Part shown: one piece after another, positions 37,740 to 51,400 of the stretch
Layout of the letters: each line of letters opens with the position of its first letter
Position numbering within the stretch: position 1 is the stretch's first letter
From: Paragordius varius
Taxonomy: Eukaryota > Animalia > Nematomorpha
Direction: 5' to 3'
Assembly (NCBI GenBank): GCA_964247055.1
Contig: OZ176057.1
Location: 1,798,001-1,862,000 of the forward strand
DNA: 64,000 nt
Position numbers and translations under genes: made by a program
The notes under the pieces: generated by a model
What the model saw: only the letters and a program-made list of their open reading frames with translations
The model's database searches: none
Told to the model about the DNA's origin: nothing

Positions 37740-38015
37740 TTCCGAGTACACGGCGTCCAAAATATTTTTGCAGCCCGCTGGAATTCTTTATATAGATTTG
37801 TCAGAAATTAAGTAATAATCATTTTTAAAACATTTGTCATTAAACTTTCCAGAATTATGGTATTAAACTGCTATATTAAAATAATTGATTGTTTTTCAGT
37901 TTTAGGTTAAAAATTTAATAAAACATTTTTGCTAAATCCCATATGTTTTGCAAATGCGGATTTTTATTTTTTAAAAATATGCAGCCCGCGGAGCCATTTG
38001 TGTTAGACACCCCTG
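37740..38015 (-). mobile_element. Solo end of the same hAT family as 9339
   Basis: 37993-38015 is the reverse complement of CAGGGGTGTCTAACACAAATGGC (22/23 identical to the 9339 TIR). It has GCAGCCCGC subterminal motifs and is followed by the TA-centred 8-mer TTCTAAAC. The left limit is approximate. Confidence 0.75.
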
Positions 38016-38125
38016 TTCTAAACCAATAGGAGCTATTATTATTTCGTTTTTAATAGTTTTCCGTTTGAATAATCTACAACCTTAGGCTTTTTGCCAGGCG
38101 TTAAATTAAAAAAAAATATATTTAC

Positions 38126-38176
38126 CTCCAGAAGTTGGAATTGGTGAATCTTCTGGTTTTAAGGCAAGTATAGAAA
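38126..38176 (-). CDS. 51-nt phase-1/1 exon (L)SILALKPEDSPIPTSG
   Basis: ATTTATAG| and GAG|GTAAATATATTTT. The donor resembles the 94-bp array intron, and the KP..PIPTS motif resembles the array peptide. Confidence 0.6.
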
Positions 38177-39431
38177 CTATAAATTGGAGAATGTATGTAG
38201 CAATTTAATAAATTAAATTTTAGTCTAGTTCAAATTAATATAAAAGATCAAAATAAGTTAAGAATTAAATTTATATATAAACCAGTAGTCAATAATCTTT
38301 ACTGTTTACTGAAAAAAACACCTATTTTGAGGGTATTTTTATTAAAATCTGTTTTAAACTCTGGTAATATAAAAATGTAAGGGTGGAAAAGGGATTGTTT
38401 TTGCGGCAAACCATTTGTCAAGCTATTTTTTGATATGAAATAGTTTAGTAATAGAGCGATATTAAGGTCTCTTTTATTGGTTTTGCTGTGTTAGACGGAT
38501 CATTGACATATATAAAATTCTTGCCATTTCGATCAATGTATTGTTATTTTAATTATTGGGCATTATGTGTATTAAAGGTTTTGGAGCCCCTAATACACTA
38601 TTACCCCTGGTCCCATCAGGCACAAAGAATGGCTTGCCATTGATTTCATCAGGGTGTGTATGGATTGGTTGGCAAGGTAAAATATACAGCTTTGAATTTA
38701 TAATAAGGCCACTTATCTTCAAGCGTCCTAATTCAATGTAACGGGACGTTAAAGGAAGATATCACGAAGAAATATTCGATTATCTATTTTTTATTCTTTT
38801 TATTGTATAAGGTCAATAAACTAGGATATTGGTTTTTCCATTACTTGTAGACGTCCACGAATTGTATTTTGTACGAATGCTTTTTTTCATGTGCTGTTGA
38901 ATTGATGTTGGGCATCATCCAATGCTTGCATTTTATCATATTTGCAATCATAATGCCCATAGCGCGCACCATCATTCACATTGGAAATAACGACTTTTAC
39001 ATTTAGAAAAACTTGTTCAATAGTGTACGTCACCTCATGTTTTACCAGAAAAGGACACCTCATAATTCTGGTGTAAAATGAGAAGCTTATGACGCAATTC
39101 TTTACAAGCAAAAACAAGAAGCAGTTTTTGTGTGTGTTTGTCGTTTAATGTCAATGAAAAAATTTGCGTGCAAAACTTGAGGTGTAAACATTGTTTGTAA
39201 AACGCGAGAATATCTTGGACTATACCTGGTATTTTGTACTATGTGGTAGAGTGGGAGACGGATATAAATTTCAGGGGTATAGAGAGTATAGGAAGACATA
39301 AAAATGAATATACTGTCTAGATTGTATATCTAAAGAATAGGCAATCCGAGGAGAGGAAAAAATCATTAAAAACATATTTATCTTCACGAGGCCGGTCTTG
39401 GAGGAGTTATATCAGTCGATATTATTTTTTT

Positions 39432-42400
39432 ATAAATATATTTACGTTTAGGAGGTGGCTTGGTTGATCGAGGAATAATGGTACTTAGTAGTGCGTTACT
39501 GGCACTCGCTGCATCTATTGTTTAAAAATATATTTATACGTTTAGGAGGCTGCGAGGTTGGTAGAGGTTTAATGGGACTTAGTATTACGGTACTGGCACT
39601 CGCTACGTCTATTGTTTAAAAATATATTTATACGTTTAGGAGGTTGCGAGGTTGGTACAGGTTTAATGGTACTTGGTATTACGGTACTGGCACTCGCTGC
39701 GTCTATTCTTTAAAAATATATTTATACGTTTAGGAGGTTGCGTGGTTGGTACAGGTTTAATGGTGTTTGGTATTACGGTACTGGCACTCGCTGCATCTAT
39801 TGTTTAAAAATATATTTATACGTTTAGGAGGTTGCGAGGTTGGTAGAGGTTTAATGGTACTTGGTATTACGGTACTGGCACTCGCTGCATCTATTGTTTT
39901 AAAATATATTTATACGTTTAGGAGGTGGCTTGGTTGATCGAGGTTTAATGGTACTTGGTATTACGGTACTGGCACTCGCTGCATCTATTGTTTAAAAATA
40001 TATTATTACGTTTAGGAGGTTGCGAGGTTGGTACAGGTTTAATGGTGTTTGGTATTACGGTACTGGCACTCGCTGCATCTATTGTTTAAAAATATATTTA
40101 TACGTTTAGGAGGTTGCGAGGTTGGTAGAGGTTTAATGGGACTTGGTATTACGGTACTGCCACTCGCTGCATCTATTGTTTAAAAATATATTATTACGTT
40201 TAGGAGGTTGCGAGGTTGGTACAGGTTTAATGGTACTTGGTATTACGGTACTGGCATTCGCTGCATCTATTGTTTAAAAATATATTATTACGTTTAGGAG
40301 GTTGCGAGGTTGGTACAGGTTTAATGGTGTTTGGTATTACGGTACTGGCACTCGCTGCATCTATTGTTTAAAAATATATTATTACGTTTAGGAGGTTGCG
40401 AGGTTGGTACAGGTTTAATGGTACTTGGTTTTACGGTACTGGCATTCGCTGCATCTATTGTTTAAAAATATATTTATACGTTTAGGAGGCTGCGAGGTTG
40501 GTAGAGGTTTAATGGGACTTGGTATTACGGTACTGCCACTCGCTGCATCTATTGTTTAAAAATATATTTATACGTTTAGGAGGCTGCGAGGTTGGTAGAG
40601 GTTTAATGGGACTTGGTATTACGGTACTGGCACTCGCTGCATCTATTGTTTAAAAATATATTTATACGTTTAGGAGGTGGCTTGGTTGATAGAGGAATAA
40701 TGGTACTTGGTGTTACGGTACTGGCACTCGCTACGTCTATTGTTTAAAAATATATTTATACGTTTAGGAGGTTGCGAGGTTGGTACAGGTTTTACGGTAC
40801 TTGGTGTTACGGTACTGGTACTCGCTGCATCTATTGTTTAAAAATATATTTATACGTTTAGGAGGTTGCGAGGTTGGTACAGGTTTAATGGTACTTGGTA
40901 TTACGGTACTGGCACTCGCTGCATCTATTGTTTAAAAATATATTATTACGTTTAGGAGGTTGCGAGGTTGGTACAGGTTTAATGGTGTTTGGTATTACGG
41001 TACTGGCACTCGCTGCATCTATTGTTTAAAAATATATTTATACGTTTAGGAGGTTGCGAGGTTGGTAGAGGTTTAATGGTACTTGGTATTACGGTACTGC
41101 CAGTCGCTGCATCTATTGTTTAAAAATATATTATTACGTTTAGGAGGTTGCGAGGTTGGTACAGGTTTAATGGTGTTTGGTATTACGGTACTGGCACTCG
41201 CTGCATCTATTCTTTAAAAATATATTTATACGTTTAGGAGGTTGCGAGGTTGGTACAGGTTTAATGGTACTTGGTATTACGGTACTGGCATTCGCTGCAT
41301 CTATTGTTTAAAAATATATTATTACGTTTAGGAGGTTGCGAGGTTGGTACAGGTTTAATGGTACTTGGTTTTACGGTACTGGCATTCGCTGCATCTATTG
41401 TTTAAAAATATATTTATACGTTTAGGAGGCTGCGAGGTTGGTAGAGGTTTAATGGGACTTGGTATTACGGTACTGCCACTCGCTGCATCTATTGTTTAAA
41501 AATATATTTATACGTTTAGGAGGCTGCGAGGTTGGTAGAGGTTTAATGGGACTTGGTATTACGGTACTGGCACTCGCTGCATCTATTGTTTAAAAATATA
41601 TTTATACGTTTAGGAGGTGGCTTGGTTGATAGAGGAATAATGGTACTTGGTGTTACGGTACTGGCACTCGCTACGTCTATTGTTTAAAAATATATTTATA
41701 CGTTTAGGAGGTTGCGAGGTTGGTACAGGTTTAATGGTACTTGGTATTACGGTACTGGCACTCGCTGCGTCTATTCTTTAAAAATATATTTATACGTTTA
41801 GGAGGTTGCGTGGTTGGTACAGGTTTAATGGTGTTTGGTATTACGGTACTGGCACTCGCTGCATCTATTGTTTAAAAATATATTTATACGTTTAGGAGGC
41901 TGCGAGGTTGGTAGAGGTTTAATGGGACTTGGTATTACGGTACTGCCACTCGCTGCATCTATTGTTTAAAAATATATTTATACGTTTAGGAGGCTGCGAG
42001 GTTGGTAGAGGTTTAATGGGACTTGGTATTACGGTACTGGCACTCGCTGCATCTATTGTTTAAAAATATATTTATACGTTTAGGAGGTGGCTTGGTTGAT
42101 AGAGGAATAATGGTACTTGGTGTTACGGTACTGGCACTCGCTACGTCTATTGTTTAAAAATATATTTATACGTTTAGGAGGTTGCGAGGTTGGTACAGGT
42201 TTTACGGTACTTGGTATTACGGTACTGCCACTCGCTGCATCTATTGTTTAAAAATATATTTATACGTTTAGGAGGTTGCGAGGTTGGTACAGGTTTAATG
42301 GTACTTGGTATTACGGTACTGGCACTCGCTGCATCTATTGTTTAAAAATATATTTTTACGTTTAGGAGGTTGCGAGGTTGGTACAGGTTTAATGGTGTTT

Positions 42401-45400
42401 GGTATTACGGTACTGGCACTCGCTGCATCTATTGTTTAAAAATATATTTATACGTTTAGGAGGTTGCGAGGTTGGTAGAGGTTTAATGGTACTTGGTATT
42501 ACGGTACTGCCAGTCGCTGCATCTATTGTTTAAAAATATATTTATACGTTTAGGAGGTGGCCTGGTTGATCGAGGAATAATGGTACTTGGTATTACGGTA
42601 CTGGCACTCGCTGCATCTATTGTTTAAAAATATATTATTACGTTTAGGAGGTTGCGAGGTTGGTACAGGTTTAATGGTACTTGGTATTACGGTACTGGCA
42701 TTCGCTGCATCTATTGTTTAAAAATATATTTATACGTTTAGGAGGCTGCGAGGTTGGTAGAGGTTTAATGGGACTTGGTATTACGGTACTGCCACTCGCT
42801 GCATCTATTGTTTAAAAATATATTTATACGTTTAGGAGGTTGCGAGGTTGGTACAGGTTTAATGGTACTTGGTATTACGGTACTGGCACTCGCTGCATCT
42901 ATTGTTTAAAAATATATTTATACGTTTAGGAGGTGGCTTGGTTGATAGAGGAATAATGGTACTTGGTGTTACGGTACTGGCACTCGCTACGTCTATTGTT
43001 TAAAAATATATTTATACGTTTAGGAGGTTGCGAGGTTGGTACAGGTTTAATGGGACTTGGTATTACGGTACTGCCACTCGCTGCATCTATTGTTTAAAAA
43101 TATATTTATACGTTTAGGAGGTTGCGAGGTTGGTACAGGTTTAATGGTACTTGGTATTACGGTACTGGCACTCGCTGCATCTATTGTTTAAAAATATATT
43201 TATACGTTTAGGAGGTGGCTTGGTTGATAGAGGAATAATGGTACTTGGTGTTACGGTACTGGTACTCGCTGCATCTATTGTTTAAAAATATATTTATACG
43301 TTTAGGAGGTTGCGAGGTTGGTACAGGTTTAATGGTACTTGGTATTACGGTACTGGCACTCGCTGCATCTATTGTTTAAAAATATATTATTACGTTTAGG
43401 AGGTTGCGAGGTTGGTACAGGTTTAATGGTGTTTGGTATTACGGTACTGGCACTCGCTGCATCTATTGTTTAAAAATATATTTATACGTTTAGGAGGTTG
43501 CGAGGTTGGTAGAGGTTTAATGGTACTTGGTATTACGGTACTGCCAGTCGCTGCATCTATTGTTTAAAAATATATTTATACGTTTAGGAGGTGGCCTGGT
43601 TGATCGAGGAATGGTACTTGGTATTACGGTACTGGCACTCGCTGCGTCTATTGTTTAAAAATATATTTATACGTTTAGGAGGTTGCGAGGTTGGTACAGG
43701 TTTAATGGTACTTGGTATTACGGTACTGGCATTCGCTGCATCTATTGTTTAAAAATATTATATTACGTTTAGGAGGTTGCGAGGTTGGTACAGGTTTAAT
43801 GGTGTTTGGTATTACGGTACTGGCACTCGCTGCATCTATTGTTTAAAAATATATTTATACGTTTAGGAGGCTGCGAGGTTGGTAGAGGTTTAATGGGACT
43901 TGGTATTACGGTACTGCCACTCGCTGCATCTATTGTTTAAAAATATATTTATACGTTTAGGAGGCTGCGAGGTTGGTAGAGGTTTAATGGGACTTGGTAT
44001 TACGGTACTGGCACTCCCTGCATCTATTGTTTAAAAATATATTTATACGTTTAGGAGGCTGCGAGGTTGGTAGAGGTTTAATGGGACTTGGTATTACGGT
44101 ACTGGCACTCGCTGCATCTATTGTTTAAAAATATATTATTACGTTTAGGAGGTTGCGAGGTTGGTACAGGTTTAATGGTACTTGGTATTACGGTACTGGC
44201 ATTCGCTGCATCTATTGTTTAAAAATATATTATTACGTTTAGGAGGTTGCGAGGTTGGTACAGGTTTAATGGTGTTTGGTATTACGGTACTGGCACTCGC
44301 TGCATCTATTGTTTAAAAATATATTATTACGTTTAGGAGGTTGCGAGGTTGGTACAGGTTTAATGGTACTTGGTATTACGGTACTGGCATTCGCTGCATC
44401 TATTGTTTAAAAATATATTATTACGTTTAGGAGGTTGCGAGGTTGGTACAGGTTTAATGGTGTTTGGTATTACGGTACTGGCACTCGCTGCATCTATTGT
44501 TTAAAAATATATTATTACGTTTAGGAGGTTGCGAGGTTGGTACAGGTTTAATGGTACTTGGTATTACGGTACTGGCATTCGCTGCATCTATTGTTTAAAA
44601 ATATATTTATACGTTTAGGAGGCTGCGAGGTTGGTAGAGGTTTAATGGGACTTGGTATTACGGTACTGCCACTCGCTGCATCTATTGTTTAAAAATATAT
44701 TTATACGTTTAGGAGGCTGCGAGGTTGGTAGAGGTTTAATGGGACTTGGTATTACGGTACTGGCACTCGCTGCATCTATTGTTTAAAAATATATTTATAC
44801 GTTTAGGAGGTGGCTTGGTTGATAGAGGAATAATGGTACTTGGTGTTACGGTACTGGCACTCGCTACGTCTATTGTTTAAAAATATATTTATACGTTTAG
44901 GAGGTTGCGAGGTTGGTACAGGTTTTACGGTACTTGGTATTACGGTACTGGCACTCGCTGCATCTATTGTTTAAAAATATATTATTACGTTTAGGAGGTT
45001 GCGAGGTTGGTAGAGGTTTAATGGGACTTGGTATTACGGTACTGCCACTCGCTGCATCTATTGTTTAAAAATATATTTATACGTTTAGGAGGTGGCTTGG
45101 TTGATCGAGGAATAATGGTACTTGGTATTACGGTACTGCCACTCGCTGCATCTATTGTTTAAAAATATATTTATACGTTTAGGAGGCTGCGAGGTTGGTA
45201 GAGGTTTAATGGGACTTGGTATTACGGTACTGGCACTCGCTGCATCTATTGTTTAAAAATATATTATTACGTTTAGGAGGTTGCGAGGTTGGTACAGGTT
45301 TAATGGTACTTGGTATTACGGTACTGGCATTCGCTGCATCTATTGTTTAAAAATATATTATTACGTTTAGGAGGTTGCGAGGTTGGTACAGGTTTAATGG

Positions 45401-48400
45401 TGTTTGGTATTACGGTACTGGCACTCGCTGCATCTATTGTTTAAAAATATATTATTACGTTTAGGAGGTTGCGAGGTTGGTACAGGTTTAATGGTACTTG
45501 GTATTACGGTACTGGCATTCGCTGCATCTATTGTTTAAAAATATATTTATACGTTTAGGAGGCTGCGAGGTTGGTAGAGGTTTAATGGGACTTGGTATTA
45601 CGGTACTGGCACTCGCTGCATCTATTGTTTAAAAATATATTTATACGTTTAGGAGGCTGCGAGGTTGGTAGAGGTTTAATGGGACTTGGTATTACGGTAC
45701 TGGCACTCGCTGCATCTATTGTTTAAAAATATATTATTACGTTTAGGAGGTTGCGAGGTTGGTACAGGTTTAATGGTACTTGGTATTACGGTACTGGCAT
45801 TCGCTGCATCTATTGTTTAAAAATATATTATTACGTTTAGGAGGTTGCGAGGTTGGTACAGGTTTAATGGTGTTTGGTATTACGGTACTGGCACTCGCTG
45901 CATCTATTGTTTAAAAATATATTATTACGTTTAGGAGGTTGCGAGGTTGGTACAGGTTTAATGGTACTTGGTATTACGGTACTGGCATTCGCTGCATCTA
46001 TTGTTTAAAAATATATTTATACGTTTAGGAGGCTGCGAGGTTGGTAGAGGTTTAATGGGACTTGGTATTACGGTACTGCCACTCGCTGCATCTATTGTTT
46101 AAAAATATATTTATACGTTTAGGAGGTTGCGAGGTTGGTACAGGTTTAATGGTACTTGGTATTACGGTACTGGCACTCGCTGCATCTATTGTTTAAAAAT
46201 ATATTTATACGTTTAGGAGGTGGCTTGGTTGATAGAGGAATAATGGTACTTGGTGTTACGGTACTGGCACTCGCTACGTCTATTGTTTAAAAATATATTT
46301 ATACGTTTAGGAGGTTGCGAGGTTGGTACAGGTTTAATGGGACTTGGTATTACGGTACTGCCACTCGCTGCATCTATTGTTTAAAAATATATTTATACGT
46401 TTAGGAGGTTGCGAGGTTGGTACAGGTTTAATGGTACTTGGTATTACGGTACTGGCACTCGCTGCATCTATTGTTTAAAAATATATTTATACGTTTAGGA
46501 GGTGGCTTGGTTGATAGAGGAATAATGGTACTTGGTGTTACGGTACTGGTACTCGCTGCATCTATTGTTTAAAAATATATTTATACGTTTAGGAGGTTGC
46601 GAGGTTGGTACAGGTTTAATGGTACTTGGTATTACGGTACTGGCACTCGCTGCATCTATTGTTTAAAAATATATTATTACGTTTAGGAGGTTGCGAGGTT
46701 GGTACAGGTTTAATGGTGTTTGGTATTACGGTACTGGCACTCGCTGCATCTATTGTTTAAAAATATATTTATACGTTTAGGAGGTTGCGAGGTTGGTAGA
46801 GGTTTAATGGTACTTGGTATTACGGTACTGCCAGTCGCTGCATCTATTGTTTAAAAATATATTTATACGTTTAGGAGGTGGCCTGGTTGATCGAGGAATG
46901 GTACTTGGTATTACGGTACTGGCACTCGCTGCGTCTATTGTTTAAAAATATATTTATACGTTTAGGAGGTTGCGAGGTTGGTACAGGTTTAATGGTACTT
47001 GGTATTACGGTACTGGCATTCGCTGCATCTATTGTTTAAAAATATTATATTACGTTTAGGAGGTTGCGAGGTTGGTACAGGTTTAATGGTGTTTGGTATT
47101 ACGGTACTGGCACTCGCTGCATCTATTGTTTAAAAATATATTTATACGTTTAGGAGGCTGCGAGGTTGGTAGAGGTTTAATGGGACTTGGTATTACGGTA
47201 CTGCCACTCGCTGCATCTATTGTTTAAAAATATATTTATACGTTTAGGAGGCTGCGAGGTTGGTAGAGGTTTAATGGGACTTGGTATTACGGTACTGGCA
47301 CTCGCTGCATCTATTGTTTAAAAATATATTTATACGTTTAGGAGGCTGCGAGGTTGGTAGAGGTTTAATGGGACTTGGTATTACGGTACTGGCACTCGCT
47401 GCATCTATTGTTTAAAAATATATTATTACGTTTAGGAGGTTGCGAGGTTGGTACAGGTTTAATGGTACTTGGTATTACGGTACTGGCATTCGCTGCATCT
47501 ATTGTTTAAAAATATATTATTACGTTTAGGAGGTTGCGAGGTTGGTACAGGTTTAATGGTGTTTGGTATTACGGTACTGGCACTCGCTGCATCTATTGTT
47601 TAAAAATATATTATTACGTTTAGGAGGTTGCGAGGTTGGTACAGGTTTAATGGTACTTGGTATTACGGTACTGGCATTCGCTGCATCTATTGTTTAAAAA
47701 TATATTATTACGTTTAGGAGGTTGCGAGGTTGGTACAGGTTTAATGGTGTTTGGTATTACGGTACTGGCACTCGCTGCATCTATTGTTTAAAAATATATT
47801 ATTACGTTTAGGAGGTTGCGAGGTTGGTACAGGTTTAATGGTACTTGGTATTACGGTACTGGCATTCGCTGCATCTATTGTTTAAAAATATATTTATACG
47901 TTTAGGAGGCTGCGAGGTTGGTAGAGGTTTAATGGGACTTGGTATTACGGTACTGCCACTCGCTGCATCTATTGTTTAAAAATATATTTATACGTTTAGG
48001 AGGCTGCGAGGTTGGTAGAGGTTTAATGGGACTTGGTATTACGGTACTGGCACTCGCTGCATCTATTGTTTAAAAATATATTTATACGTTTAGGAGGTGG
48101 CTTGGTTGATAGAGGAATAATGGTACTTGGTGTTACGGTACTGGCACTCGCTACGTCTATTGTTTAAAAATATATTTATACGTTTAGGAGGTTGCGAGGT
48201 TGGTACAGGTTTTACGGTACTTGGTATTACGGTACTGGCACTCGCTGCATCTATTGTTTAAAAATATATTATTACGTTTAGGAGGTTGCGAGGTTGGTAG
48301 AGGTTTAATGGGACTTGGTATTACGGTACTGCCACTCGCTGCATCTATTGTTTAAAAATATATTTATACGTTTAGGAGGTGGCTTGGTTGATCGAGGAAT

Positions 48401-51400
48401 AATGGTACTTGGTATTACGGTACTGCCACTCGCTGCATCTATTGTTTAAAAATATATTTATACGTTTAGGAGGCTGCGAGGTTGGTAGAGGTTTAATGGG
48501 ACTTGGTATTACGGTACTGGCACTCGCTGCATCTATTGTTTAAAAATATATTATTACGTTTAGGAGGTTGCGAGGTTGGTACAGGTTTAATGGTACTTGG
48601 TATTACGGTACTGGCATTCGCTGCATCTATTGTTTAAAAATATATTATTACGTTTAGGAGGTTGCGAGGTTGGTACAGGTTTAATGGTGTTTGGTATTAC
48701 GGTACTGGCACTCGCTGCATCTATTGTTTAAAAATATATTATTACGTTTAGGAGGTTGCGAGGTTGGTACAGGTTTAATGGTACTTGGTATTACGGTACT
48801 GGCATTCGCTGCATCTATTGTTTAAAAATATATTTATACGTTTAGGAGGCTGCGAGGTTGGTAGAGGTTTAATGGGACTTGGTATTACGGTACTGCCACT
48901 CGCTGCATCTATTGTTTAAAAATATATTTATACGTTTAGGAGGCTGCGAGGTTGGTAGAGGTTTAATGGGACTTGGTATTACGGTACTGGCACTCGCTGC
49001 ATCTATTGTTTAAAAATATATTTATACGTTTAGGAGGTGGCTTGGTTGATAGAGGAATAATGGTACTTGGTGTTACGGTACTGGCACTCGCTACGTCTAT
49101 TGTTTAAAAATATATTTATACGTTTAGGAGGTTGCGAGGTTGGTACAGGTTTTACGGTACTTGGTATTACGGTACTGCCACTCGCTGCATCTATTGTTTA
49201 AAAATATATTTATACGTTTAGGAGGTTGCGAGGTTGGTACAGGTTTAATGGTACTTGGTATTACGGTACTGGCACTCGCTGCATCTATTGTTTAAAAATA
49301 TATTATTACGTTTAGGAGGTTGCGAGGTTGGTACAGGTTTAATGGTGTTTGGTATTACGGTACTGGCACTCGCTGCATCTATTGTTTAAAAATATATTTA
49401 TACGTTTAGGAGGTTGCGAGGTTGGTAGAGGTTTAATGGTACTTGGTATTACGGTACTGCCAGTCGCTGCATCTATTGTTTAAAAATATATTTATACGTT
49501 TAGGAGGTGGCCTGGTTGATCGAGGAATAATGGTACTTGGTATTACGGTACTGGCACTCGCTGCATCTATTGTTTAAAAATATATTATTACGTTTAGGAG
49601 GTTGCGAGGTTGGTACAGGTTTAATGGTACTTGGTATTACGGTACTGGCATTCGCTGCATCTATTGTTTAAAAATATATTTATACGTTTAGGAGGCTGCG
49701 AGGTTGGTAGAGGTTTAATGGGACTTGGTATTACGGTACTGCCACTCGCTGCATCTATTGTTTAAAAATATATTTATACGTTTAGGAGGCTGCGGGGTTG
49801 GTAGAGGTTTAATGGGACTTGGTATTACGGTACTGGCACTCGCTGCATCTATTGTTTAAAAATATATTTATACGTTTAGGAGGTGGCTTGGTTGATAGAG
49901 GAATAATGGTACTTGGTGTTACGGTACTGGCACCCGCTACGTCTATTGTTTAAAAATATATTTATACGTTTAGGAGGTTGCGAGGTTGGTACAGGTTTTA
50001 CGGTACTTGGTATTACGGTACTGCCACTCGCTGCATCTATTGTTTAAAAATATATTTATACGTTTAGGAGGTTGCGAGGTTGGTACAGGTTTAATGGTAC
50101 TTGGTATTACGGTACTGGCACTCGCTGCATCTATTGTTTAAAAATATATTATTACGTTTAGGAGGTTGCGAGGTTGGTACAGGTTTAATGGTGTTTGGTA
50201 TTACGGTACTGGCACTCGCTGCATCTATTGTTTAAAAATATATTTATACGTTTAGGAGGTTGCGAGGTTGGTAGAGGTTTAATGGTACTTGGTATTACGG
50301 TACTGCCAGTCGCTGCATCTATTGTTTAAAAATATATTTATACGTTTAGGAGGTGGCCTGGTTGATCGAGGAATAATGGTACTTGGTATTACGGTACTGG
50401 CACTCGCTGCGTCTATTGTTTAAAAATATATTTATACGTTTAGGAGGTTGCGAGGTTGGTACAGGTTTAATGGTACTTGGTATTACGGTACTGGCATTCG
50501 CTGCATCTATTGTTTAAATATTATATTACGTTTAGGAGGTTGCGAGGTTGGTACAGGTTTAATGGTGTTTGGTATTACGGTACTGGCACTCGCTGCATCT
50601 ATTGTTTAAAAATATATTTATACGTTTAGGAGGCTGCGAGGTTGGTAGAGGTTTAATGGGACTTGGTATTACGGTACTGCCACTCGCTGCATCTATTGTT
50701 TAAAAATATATTTATACGTTTAGGAGGCTGCGAGGTTGGTAGAGGTTTAATGGGACTTGGTATTACGGTACTGCCACTCGCTGCATCTATTGTTTAAAAA
50801 TATATTTATACGTTTAGGAGGCTGCGAGGTTGGTAGAGGTTTAATGGGACTTGGTATTACGGTACTGGCACTCGCTGCATCTATTGTTTAAAAATATATT
50901 ATTACGTTTAGGAGGTTGCGAGGTTGGTACAGGTTTAATGGTACTTGGTATTACGGTACTGGCATTCGCTGCATCTATTGTTTAAAAATATATTATTACG
51001 TTTAGGAGGTTGCGAGGTTGGTACAGGTTTAATGGTGTTTGGTATTACGGTACTGGCACTCGCTGCATCTATTGTTTAAAAATATATTATTACGTTTAGG
51101 AGGTTGCGAGGTTGGTACAGGTTTAATGGTACTTGGTATTACGGTACTGGCATTCGCTGCATCTATTGTTTAAAAATATATTTATACGTTTAGGAGGCTG
51201 CGAGGTTGGTAGAGGTTTAATGGGACTTGGTATTACGGTACTGCCACTCGCTGCATCTATTGTTTAAAAATATATTTATACGTTTAGGAGGCTGCGAGGT
51301 TGGTAGAGGTTTAATGGGACTTGGTATTACGGTACTGGCACTCGCTGCATCTATTGTTTAAAAATATATTTATACGTTTAGAAGGTGGCTTGGTTGATAG

